Below are positions 9,851 to 21,530 of a stretch of 39,644 nucleotides of DNA, piece by piece. Numbering within the stretch: the stretch's first letter is position 1; every line of letters begins with the position of its first letter. The DNA is from Dimargaris cristalligena (Eukaryota), in assembly GCA_003614675.1 (NCBI GenBank), contig ML002348.1:1-39644 (forward strand), in the 5' to 3' direction. Both the position numbers and the translations under genes were made by a program. The notes beneath the pieces are model-generated. The model was not told where the DNA came from, made no database searches, and saw only the letters and a list, made by a program, of their open reading frames with translations.

Positions 9851-12800
9851 TCACTCGTAACTTTCCGAGTCCGTTGACACACTCGTACTGGACACCTCAT
9901 CGACGCCGGAATCAAGACCGGTTTGCAGAGCCGTCGCAGCCTCACGGGCGGCCGCCGCTGCTGCATTGTAATAATGCGTGGTCAGCTCCTGGTCCTCCCG
10001 CAGCTGGGTCATCCAGAGTTGGAAATAAACCCCCTCGGAGTCAGTAAGCAATTCAGCATGCGAGCCACGTTCGACGATATGTCCGTCCTTGATAACCAGG
10101 ATGAGGTCAGCGTGGATGACGGTAGACAGTCGGTGGGCGACAATTAGAGTGGTGCGGTTTTGGGTCATGGTTTGCAGCGCCGACTGAATCTTGAGCTCCG
10201 TGTAGGTATCCAGGGCCGACGTGGCTTCGTCCAATAAAACCACCCGCGGGTTCTTGAGGATCGTACGAGCAATGGCAATCCGCTGGCGCTCACCCCCGCT
10301 TAGACGGGCTCCGCGCTCACCCACCCGCGTCTCGTAGCCCTCCGGCAGGGAAATGATCTTGTGGTGGATCTGGGCCGACCGAGCTGATTCCTCGATTTCG
10401 GAAAGGCTAACCGCGTCAAAACCCGCGCCCGCCTGACCGTACTGGATATTAAACCGGATGGTATCGTTGAAGAGGGTGGTGTCTTGGGGTACCATGCCTA
10501 AGTGGCTACGGAGGCGCCTGGGACTCAGATCCCGAATATTGCGACCATCCAGCGTAATCTCACCGGCGGTGGGTTCGTAGAACCGGTAGAGCAGTTTCAG
10601 AATGGTACTCTTGCCGCTGCCTGAGGGTCCAACTAGGGCCACGGTAGATCCGGCGGGTACCTTGAACGACACGTCCTTGAGGATGGGGACGTGGTCATTA
10701 TAGTAGAAGGTGACATGTCGGAACTCAATGTCGCCCTGTACTTGGTCCGAAAGGCCCCCGGGGGTTAACGTGGAGTGTGTCGTCAGGTGGTTGAAAGTGG
10801 TGATGGGCAGGTTAGGGTACGCTTGCGTAGGTGGGAAGCAGCCGACTGGCCCCAACTGGGCGTGGCTATCGTCCAGATCAATCAGGCAAGCGGTGGCAGT
10901 ATTCTCCCCTTCGGCCGACCCTTCACGCTCCGATGGATCATCACCCCTGGCATCGGTGCACTCGGGGGCCTCTGCCAGTACCTCCAGCATCCGCTCCATA
11001 TCCACAAAGTTCTTCTGAATCAGCCGGTAGGAGTTGCCAAACCAGTTCAGGGGGGCGTACATTTGGTTGAGATAGGCCAGATACAGGACAAAGTCGCCCA
11101 CTGTCATGTCGCCACTCATAATACGCCGGGTGCACAGCAAACAGCCAATGAGCATTCCAATCTGCATGGAGCAGTTCTGGACCGACCGGAGCACGTTGAG
11201 TGATACCACATTCATCCACTCCGCTGACTGGTACTTTTGCATCGCTTCGGCATACACCCGCACCTCGAAGACCTCCGCATTATTGTGCTTGACCGTCTCG
11301 TGGTTAAGTAGCGAATCAACGGCCTTGGCTTCCATTTCGTTGTCGTAGTTGTTGCTCCGACGACGGTGCTGTTTATGCCACTCGGTTAGGATTATGGTGC
11401 TGGCGATGTAGGCGGTCATGGTCAGAATCACAATACCCCCGAAATAGAGGTCAAAATGAAAGCTGAAGTAGAAGCACGCAATGGTGATGTCGGCCACTGT
11501 GGGTAGAATTTTGAACAGGATGCTGGACAGGAGGGACTCGATACTGGATACACCGCGGTCCTGGATGCGGAGAATTTCACCTGTCTTGCGGTTGGTGTGG
11601 AACTCGAGCGGGAGGCTATGGAGATGGGTGAAAATCCGTACCGCCACGGCCCGGGTGGTAAACTGGGACACCGGTGTCCAGCAGAAGTCATGCACCGTCT
11701 GAAGCAGCCCAATGTCCCCTTGGAGTACCTTCAGTAGGACAAAGGCCACTACATCGGCGGAGACCAGAGTATGGTCAGTGATATTATTGACCACGTTTTT
11801 ATACTGAGTAGGGACCAGTATATTGACCCACCGGCCGAGGGCCAGCATGGCGAAACAGAGGGCGATGTAAATGTAATTAGAGCGCGGCAGTTGGTGAGGG
11901 AACAGGAACGGGGCCAGTTGGCTCAATCGGGCGAAAAAGTCGGAGAGCGACATGGGTGGAATATCGGGCTTAAACTTGACGGTGGGGTTACGAATCTGGG
12001 CTTCGGAAGCAAAGCTAGTGGAGGGAGGACCGCCGCCGGATGTAACGGAGGTATGGTCATCGGCCGATGAGGAGGCGGACGACGTAGGGGCACACTCCCG
12101 GTCTATAAGGGTGGCTTCGAATTCACGCTGGTGCCGGCGGCATACTCGCTGGTAGGCAAGATCCGACAGGAGCAGCGTAGTTAGCACCACAGTCTGGACG
12201 AAAAATAGACCCGTCACGAATAGAGAGTTGGGGATGACGGCAAAGGCCGGAGCTAGGCCGAACAGGGCTACCCCGGTGACCGAAGTGTACACAACCGAAG
12301 TGCACCATGATAGGACGTGGTACGCCGACTCCTGGCCCAGAAGCGAAACGGGTACCGAGTGGGGACTTGGCCGAAACAAGATAAGGAACCAAACCCAAGC
12401 GAATACCCGCATCACCTGGCTGGTCAAGATCAGGTTCAAGATACCTCGCTCTGTTTCAAGCGTGTACTTATCCTGGTATATGGCTACCAGAAACAGCGTA
12501 ATGATCAAGTCGAAGTAAAGAACCGCGAGCTTGATGGCTCCGCGTATGCGCCGGACGGCACTGTTATTGGGCGCTTGGTGAAAATACGAATAACCGCCAT
12601 TAGGACCTATATGTATGCGATCGCGGGCGGATTATGGGGGAAGGGAAGTCGCCGATGACAATGGAGTAATACCAATTATGGAAAGAAGTATATATACATA
12701 TATAGCCAAGGGATAAATCAATGTGACAATATAAAAATATGGTTAGTATTAGCAATGAAGCGTGCGAGGCCGGATGGGTGTATTCACTGGGCAAAGAGCG

Positions 12801-15213
12801 GAATCTGGAAGTTCAGCCCAACACATATCGAATCACCAGCGGCTGTGAACCAAGCACTGCACTTGGATCTGGAAGAAAAAATAATAATAGTTTCAAGCGT
12901 GAATTGAAGAACAGAGAAGGACACCTAAGATGAATGAGTGAACGGCACCCGATTGATAGTCGGAAGACTCATCTGAAAGCGTAGCCTAAATAATGGGGTC
13001 TGTTGGAAAAACAATCAACGGGGCCCACCAAAAAGAGAACACGACATGCTCCCACATTAATAATTTGGGGATAGTCCATTATAAGCCAAGCCATTGATGT
13101 ATTCACTGCAAAAAAACCAGGTGATTGTAATGGCCCAACTGGGATGGAGGTGTGGTGCAACTGGGATGGAGGTGCGGTGCAAATCCCCAACGTGGGAAAA
13201 TCAATGAACAGTAGCGCACCGGGGTTTAAGGTTTAACCAGGAGGTAGGTAATAATATTAAACTTAGTGTGGCTTTGCGCAGTAGTGGCAGTGGCTCACCA
13301 GTCCCAAAATGTAGTAATGAAGTCAAGGTTTTCTCCAACAGCCATGTTTGGTTCTGGAATAAAACATACTGGCAGAGCACTAGATAGGAAACCAGCTATT
13401 AATGGTGAAGGATGGAAAGCAGAAAAGTACGGTGAAGGTAGAAGCGACGCAGCCGGGTTTGCACCCCATGCGCCATATTGGGAATAGACCAAATAAGTGA
13501 AGTAAGTATCCAGCAGCCCAACTCAATCTAATCCAATCCACTTCATTTTCGATTGAGAACATTGGAACGACTGGGAGGGGAGGAAAGAGAGAAGGGGGAG
13601 GGAGAACGATACGTTAGGATTGCCTCTCCCAACTGGCCACAGAAAAGAATCAACCTGAAACACAAAAGAACCATAATATGCCCCAGTGGACCAGCTTCAC
13701 ATAATCCCCACGCTATCACACATTTTCTCTCTCTATCTCTCTACCTGAATGGCTGTAATTCGCCTACGTAAGTCACAAAAGTGACTTTCATATGGCAATG
13801 GGCACACTCAGTGTAGGAAACAAGCCAGAAGGCGGATGATGGGCGTGGTAGGGGGGAAGAGGAAGCGCTCCAATGAGACATACACTGCACTAGAAGGGCA
13901 CCGTTTAGTCAAGAATGGAAACATCTATACAACGTATATATAGGGAGGACTAGGCTGGGCATATGGGAAAATGCTGGGAGGGACGAAATGATACACAGCA
14001 ATAGACAATCCTTTAGGGAACAGAGACCACAGCTTGGCATTTGAAACAGCTGTAGGTGAGTTTAGGCCCAGGCTTCCAGGTGCTACTGGTACGCATAAAC
14101 CCTCAACTCTCCGACCAGCTCGAATAAATCACAGGCCAGTCCCTAACTCCCAAAGAAAGTATTGCAGGCGAGTGGAAGTGATCACTTGCTGCTGCGCTCC
14201 CATCAGCCAATAACGACAAAAAAAATGATAAGGATCAAAAAAATAAATAGAAAGGTACACGATGGGAGGTGTATATTGGCAAAATCATCCGTGGGGACCC
14301 TGTCACAAAGTAGTCAGCTTGGCCAAAATCGCCACATCAATGCGGGAAGGAAATGTTTGGGGGAACATAATGGCACCGAGTTGCTCCTCCCCCTACTTGA
14401 CATACCCGCCCCCCCCGCTTTCTGAAAAAGAAAAAAAAGCCCCCCCACCTTCGTGTGTGGCTGCGGTGGGGACAGAGGTGTAGTGTACCGAAGTGGGTCT
14501 ACCGAATTTAGAAATGACGGAGTGCTGCAGCCGCAAGCAGCGGGCAACTGGTGCACAGCCATCTCATGCCGAGCCAGGTCAATACACACCAACTGCATGT
14601 TAGGTGGGCCAAAATAGAAACAGGCCGGAAGTATGGCGGTAAAACACTCCGCTAATAGTAGGGAATGCCACATGCAAAAAAAGTAGACGTCCACCTTTTA
14701 CTGATGGGCCAGGATATCCGGAAAGAATATAGAGAGAGATGGGTGGAAGAAAGAATAATGGGCAAGTTGTACAAAACCAACTAATGGTAGCCTCCATTGA
14801 ACACGTACTTCGGAAGGGGGAAATAAAGAAATCAAGCAACTAAGCGCGTTGGTATTCATTGGCGGCCGGACTTCTTTGGATCAATCCAAGCTTGAAACTA
14901 GAATATTAAATCATTACTTACCATAGGGAGCGATGGGGTTCGTGGCAACTGAATTATTATTGCCGAAAAATGAATAGTACACCGCACCCGAATGATTGGC
15001 AGCGGGCAGAACTGTGTAACCACATCGGGTGGCGTAGGAAGCCCGCCTTGATTGTAGCAGGCGGCGGGATCCACGTATGAGACTAATGACCAAATCAAAG
15101 GCGATAAGTACAGAAGGCAGAAGTAGATACACGATCAGGGCGTCACGATGCATATCCATGGTACCCAGGCGGTCGAAAAATGTATGCCAGGTTGTTATCG
15201 ATGGCAAGGTCAT
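9851..15213 (-). CDS. HMT1: Heavy-metal tolerance half ABC transporter (HMT1/ABCB6 type), complement(join(9851..12606,14922..15213)), ~1015 aa
   Basis: TMD motifs RKTGEILRIQDRG and DSLLNHETVK; Walker A GPSGSGKS, signature LSGGE, Walker B VVLLDE. An extra hydrophobic N-terminal domain favours HMT1/ABCB6 over ATM1. Exon 1 (MTLPSITTW...IAPY G|GTAAGT, phase 1) joins in frame to acceptor CATATAG|GTCCT at 12606, with a perfect TACTAAC at 12742-12748. Exon 1 assignment is less certain than the main exon. Confidence 0.88.
13136..13182. repeat. 22-bp tandem duplication inside the HMT1 intron
   Basis: CAACTGGGATGGAGGTG(T/C)GGTG twice, followed by CAA. Confidence 0.85.
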
Positions 15214-18200
15214 GCTGGTCAATCGGTGATTAATGAACGAGGGGAAGGGGAGAGAGGTGATAATGAAATATTATGGCAGGTGCAGAAAGATAAGTGGCGA
15301 ATGATAGAGAGAGAAAGGTAGCCGAGGGCTGGGTTCAATGCCACAATATAGTCAAGGTAAATTATCTGGGAGGAGGTTTAAGCTGAACAAGAGTGGCGGG
15401 GTCGAGTAGGTAGGTGGGTAAGATAAATGAGGGGAGGGAGAAGCCGGGTTAATATATGCAGCAGTAATGAGGAGGAGGGGGAGTTGAATAGCTGAGTTAT
15501 GGGGGAGGAGAGTTGACTATATCAATGTATTAGGTTGATGGCCATAGTATGAATGTGAGAGAGGGGCTAGGGCGGGGGATTTGGAATATTATAATGCACG
15601 AGTGGGCGCGGCGATGCGGAAAAATCGATGGAACGGGTATATATATACATATGGGGGATGGGGGTGCAATGAGGAAGAATTTATATATGAGGCAGAGATT
15701 TAGGGAAGTAAGTATGACAGTGCGTGTCAGAGATATATATATGGTCTCCATGGTGATAGGGTCAGCCCGAGTCCGATGATCAATGGAGGTGGCTACGGTG
15801 AAGCAGCGGCCCGGTCCCTAATTGGGAGATTTGATACACCTAAGTTGTGTAAACCATATCTAGGAATATTCATAGTGTGGCTCCATCCACAGTAGCCCTT
15901 GTATACCCGCCACAGACTATATCGCATACTACCAGACACCATACAGCTGCACAGCAGCCAAACTGCAAGTGGTAATAATGGTGGGGGGAAAAGTAAGGAG
16001 AGCAAGCGTAATACTAAGAATGAGAGGGGTGGGAGAGATCCAGACCGAGAGAAAAAAGAGGACGGGGGTGGGCGTGTTTCGGATCGGATACATAGTTGGG
16101 GGTAAAGTCCCGCACTCTGCCTTGAAACTACAGCAGGGGGGGGGGGTTGGGCGAAAGTAGTGGTGGTGGGTGCGTTTCATCAACTCCATATACCAGTGGG
16201 AATCCAGTTGAAACGCAGCACACCTGGTCCAATATACGGCCTATTTTTGTCAAGTGGTGTTACCCTCGTCCTTTTTTTTACTCACCCCCGTTCTCCACCC
16301 CCTTACCGTTCCCGACCAATATAAAGTAGCAATGAGGTGGCTGTATATAAATATTGTATCCAAATAAAAGTGCCCCACGCTTCCGTAGCCCAAGTTAGAC
16401 TTGGCCGCAACTAACCCAGCCAAGTCCAGTATAGCTCTGGCCCAAGGGGCATTCGCATTCCATAATACTACGTAGGACGGACAATGCAGGAGCGGATCGT
16501 GCTGCTTCAATGTCAAAGGCACCCCCGGCAGATGGCACTGGGTGAGCCGCAGAAGCAATAAATGAGAATGGGATTGGGCGACTGATACCGAGAGGGGTGT
16601 GGCGGATAGTGGAGCTGGGCCATCCATTTGGATGCAGCTTAAGTTGGCCTATGGTGGTGCAGTGTCGTGGGATACAAGGTGGAACATGTACTTACGGAAT
16701 GTCACAGTAGGCCAAGCGCCGCGGCTTTCAAGCGAACTAGGGAAGGGAAAGGTGGTGGAGGTGAATGTTTCGCTGGCAGCTGGGCTAGGGGGGGGAGAGC
16801 GGGGGGGGGGGGGGGTTGCACGAAATGGAGCCAAGGAAGCGAATGGGGTCGCCAATGGCTAACGCTTGTCACGACCTCTACTTGGACATGTGAAAGTCGG
16901 GGAATGGCAGTCAGAAAAAGGGTCAGGCGAACCAACCTGGGCGGTGGGGAACTCTTTAGATAGGGAAATGGAATATGAAGTGTATGGCTATGAGTATAGG
17001 TATGGTCGGATAGAAACAAGCCAGTGTTCGGACTTGCACAACCGACCCTATATATCTACTCCCTCCGTATCTATCAAGGCCGTGTATTACTTTGATACCA
17101 TTTCGGGTTGGCTGGGTTAGCAGCTCGGGGAGGGGAGCGGCAGTGCCACGCTGCTGATACTGATGTTGATACTGCCATCGCCTCCGCCATTTTCCCGCTC
17201 CGTATCTCCGGGAATGGGGATAAGATTTATCATTTCTGAATTGCAGTGTGGCACAGGATGTGGCTATGGCGGGACGAAACCAGCTTAATGGATTTCTTAC
17301 CTAAGAATAAAAAAAGTATGGATGAGTGGGCACGTGTTGTTGGTAATTAAATGGTGCCAAGTGATCAAATTGTATTGGGGGTGGGTGCGGAGTCTAAAAT
17401 AATCTTAGTCGGAGGTATTTGGGGAGCTACGATGCACGTATAATAAATTCGGGTATATTATATTGAAAAGTGGAGAAGAGGTGTGATGGAATGAGGGTGG
17501 TCTGTGTGTAGGTTAGTAAATAATGAGTGCACTGATTTTATAGCCCCAGAGAAACGGCGAGCCGACTTGTATACACTCTGATCAGGGGCGGATGAGACAC
17601 ATCCATGGTTGATTAGTTAATAAAAGGCCCGCGGGGCCCAGGCTATATTTCAATAAGGGCGGACAGGGGCTCTCGATTTTGCCACTGGGGTTTGGCCATA
17701 CAAGGAGCCGCGCAACTCCTTCTCCATAGTTCACTCCTATGGAGCGTTACGGGAGTGACAATGCGATCCACCGATGGTCCAAATCACCCACCTGTCCCTG
17801 GGCGCAAGAAGGCCGGTGACGGACGGAGCCGCTCCACCAAGGGGGGGATCCAATTCTACTTACATTCAAAAAGTCTCGGGACCGTAGGGCTATTCCCAGG
17901 CTATAAGTACCTGCCTTTGCCCTTTATATTTTTTCCAACACGGATAGTGCTTATTGATAGATACGTCCCAGTAAGTTTACTAGGCGCATATACCGAATAC
18001 TACGGAGTGGGGGTATAACGAAACCTGTGATACGATTAATAACGAGCCCGTGGTAGCCCGCGTGACCTGGGTAGGTTTCCGGAAAACAAGGACGGGGACC
18101 AAGTGGTAACTCTGCCGAGTTGAAGAAGTCACAAGCTCAGTAGGGCTGTGGGTATAGGTGTGGGTGTGTGAACGGGTCGATTCCTGGAGGATCCGATGGT

Positions 18201-19998
18201 CTATATTGTACAAGTGGAAATATCGAAGGGTTGAGGGATACTTGAATGTATAGATGAATGTAAGTCAATGTCGCTCTCAAGCTCTGTGTATCGAATAAAT
18301 AAATAATAGAGAAAATGAAAATTAGAATATGGGTGTGGAATCGAGAGAGGGGAAACAGTGGTATATGCCGAAAAGATTAAATTACTACTAGCAAATTGGG
18401 CGACGTTGGATAATCGGGTAGATTATTACCTTAAAAATTAAAGTCGAGTGGCAACCGATGGGTCCAGGTACGGAATGTGAGAGCTTATTTATACCCTATC
18501 AAACAAATGGACCATATCCACCACCACTGGCCGTGGATTAGCCCCCAAATACTGGACAGGGGTGGATGGAGTTAATAATGAGTGATCTTATTACCCACTT
18601 GTTTCCATTCTCCTACTGCGTCGGCCGATAGTTTGGGGCCCGTCCCGCTCCGCCAACAGGGTATATATTAAATCTACCCTCATTAGGGAGTCGATTAAAT
18701 CACCCCAACAATTTCAAAATGGTAATAAAGAAGGGGGGTAAACAAACGAGGATTCCGCTCAAACCAGGCATTCGACTCGGCACATCTAAGTATCCAGTCA
18801 TTATTATATTTCCTTGAAAAGAACGTGATTTGTGAAACAAGCTGCACAGTGAAGGGGATGTCATGCAGCTGAAAAACGGTCTGAAATTCAAGTAGAGTTT
18901 CAGCCAATGTAAAAGTGTAAGAGTATTTAATTTAGTGGACGACATTACCGAAGATCCGATGGTGAAGTGTTAACCCCCCCTCCCTCCTTCTCACCCCTCC
19001 CGTTTTGCACTTTGACTGCCTCGCTGTTGGGTTATACTGGGTGGCTATTAAGGAGGCATCCGAATGATGATCATGGCGGTGATGCCATTGACAGTGGGAG
19101 ACCGATGTTGAATGTCCTTGGTGCGGTTTAACTAGCGATAGAGGTAGGGTGCAGAGTGGAATGAGAGTACATGCCAGTTAGTTTGGGTGCAGCCTGACTG
19201 GTCAGCTCATGCCTCCCCTTAATGCACTGTCATCCCAAATGTTTCAGGGTTTGTCGGCCACACTTGGGACCTTTAACCCGGATAGTATGCTATATGAAAC
19301 AAATGGCGTATCAATTCCCGGGTACGGTTAGTGTAGTTGCACTCGGACTGGCTTAGGGGAGATACTATCTAACAGTAGTCGTGCATAATGAAGTGTAATC
19401 GGTATAGTTCACTCTCCCCCCAGGCCACCCACGACCCCTGACGAGTGGGATTATAGACTATCTTCATTTCCTCTAACCACTCATCGTAGAGCATGCACCA
19501 GCCGGAACACAATCAGTTCGGTAGAATGGGCCATTTGGTGAGTGGACGATGTTAATGGTGGCGGCGGCGGTGATGCTGAGACACGGGAACCCGAGTATGT
19601 ACGGAATGGAATCTACAGCCGGTAGTAGTTTGCTATTATGATTTGCCACTACCTACTTCGTTGGGTTATTATTATCTGCGCTTTACGATGGTTCGCTTTC
19701 ACTCTTGAGCAATGGGGGTATTGCGAGTGTTTCGGTATAACGTACCAATCCGTGGCAGGCGGATAAAACAAAATGCCAAGTAAATATGCGGATCAGTCGA
19801 GCTATAGACTGATCAAATAAAAGAAGCTTTGAACGGTCCGTTGGCGTGACGAAAATAGACAAATGGGGTTAAATCCCACCCATGACATGGACGGATCAAG
19901 AGGAAAAGTATCAGATTTCCGAAAAGGCAGCCGAAAGGGGTGGTTATACCCTTTGGTACCAGCTGGTAGGCTATATGCGGTGGAGGCGTGGCCGTTGT

Positions 19999-20043
19999 GC
20001 ATACATGGTCAAAACTGCATACATGGTTGAAACCGCATATATG
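19999..20043. repeat. Degenerate 18-bp tandem repeat (~2.5 copies)
   Basis: GCATACATGGTCAAAACT / GCATACATGGTTGAAACC / GCATATATG. Confidence 0.7.
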
Positions 20044-21530
20044 CACTATTTTTTTTTTGAAAGAAATTGAATCACCACCTTTAAACAGCGGAGGACCATC
20101 TCATCCTCTTCTATCCCCAACATGACGCTATTCGCTTTTCTCTTTTACTTCGCATTTGCGTATTTATTACTACGGAATTTAAGATGTTTCATCTGTGCGC
20201 GCAGAGTATCCTCTCGTATAATCTGCCTCATTCAAAGTCACACGCACACATTCTCTGACTGATAGGGCGGTGTTTGAAAAATAGTCGTTTTATTGATCAC
20301 CACTCGAATAGATATCTTATTCTTATAGACGGGGCTACTGGCGTACATCTACATCGCCTTCCCTACTACCAGTGTATTGTTTTGTTTATCCAGCCCAAGC
20401 CCCTCTCCACTCTCATCTATTTGCAGGTCTACCTATTTTAGAACAATCTTTGCGACTGTAGGTAAGAAATCCAAACATCAAAGGGATAATCGACAGATAA
20501 ACAAAGGTTTGGGGCTCTCTAGTTTCGGCGATTCACAACCCGACAAAGATGATCGCCAATTGAATCGGCGAGCGATTTGGAGGACAGGGTCGTCATGTTT
20601 CATCTATTATGGGAATATGGTGGGGGTTACAAAGGATAGGGGGGTCCAGACCTGCATAGTGGTGATGTTTCATCAGTTGTGTACATAACCCCCTGCGTTG
20701 CTTTATCTATTCCCTTTTCTCCCACTTGGCATTATGTAATTCCTAGTCCGACTCTAAATAGTGGACTCTGTGGCACCTACTGTATTTCACTAGGCTTGGA
20801 CACTGACCCGGATATCCTCCCTACGCTAGTCTAATACTTTCGGGCACTGATCTATATGTGACTGGTTCCTTACAAGGTACGCCTACATCACCCCTATTCC
20901 CCGGGAATATTTTAAGCATCGTCACCTGTTTCGTTTCATTTATTGCAATTGGCACTCTCCTCCCCACCATTCAAGAAAATCAAAAACGAAGGTTTGTGAA
21001 TAATTGGTGCAGTGAAACGTCGACACTATGGGCTGTGGAAAATTTCTCTAGATGTTTACTAAAGGGTGGGAGCTACTGCTAACCGCAAAGTGGTTTCAAT
21101 ACCACCTAAATACCAAAATAAGCAGGGAAAACCATCACCGACCTTGGTAAGTCCATTGTGCACAAATCTACCCACGCCTCATTTTATTGGGGGGGGGTTT
21201 GAGGTTTAATGCTGGGCCTGGGTAGAGAAGGTTTCAGGAAACTTGGTTGATATTTCCCACTCTAGGAAATCGACAGTGCTGAGCCGTTCAGTCCCATTAG
21301 TCCTGACGTAATCTCGGGTGCTTGAAAGCGCCCACCAGTCATTCATTCTACATAGAAACTGCCGACCAAGTGGGTTTCACCACGGCTGCGGAATCGACCC
21401 GCACTTGGGTATTGGCTGAAGGCCACACTCAGTCCGCCATTAGCTGCGGGGAATCTATTTCCGTTTTGTTCATTTCTTGTCCTTCATCAATATATTTTTC
21501 GTTATTTTATTTTTGCATTAGACTTTCGAA

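Noticed and set aside
9851-12508. Mitochondrial ATM1 assignment
   Set aside because: The N-terminus is a multi-pass hydrophobic extension rather than a basic presequence, which fits HMT1/ABCB6.
12813-13300. Selenocysteine or readthrough TGA formed by joining small exons in the HMT1 intron
   Set aside because: A direct phase-1 join of 14922 to 12606 gives an uninterrupted frame, and no SECIS-like element was identified.
17300-21500. Hidden protein gene, tRNA, snRNA, TPP riboswitch or hammerhead ribozyme in the long intergenic region
   Set aside because: Only short non-conserved ORFs. No T-loop, snRNA or riboswitch signature was seen by eye, and the CTGANGA cores lack a matching GAAA stem.
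21147-21521. 5'-UTR intron of CCDC124
   Set aside because: Good donor and acceptor, but no convincing branch site, and a CCAAT-like promoter signal lies inside it. Unresolved without RNA data.
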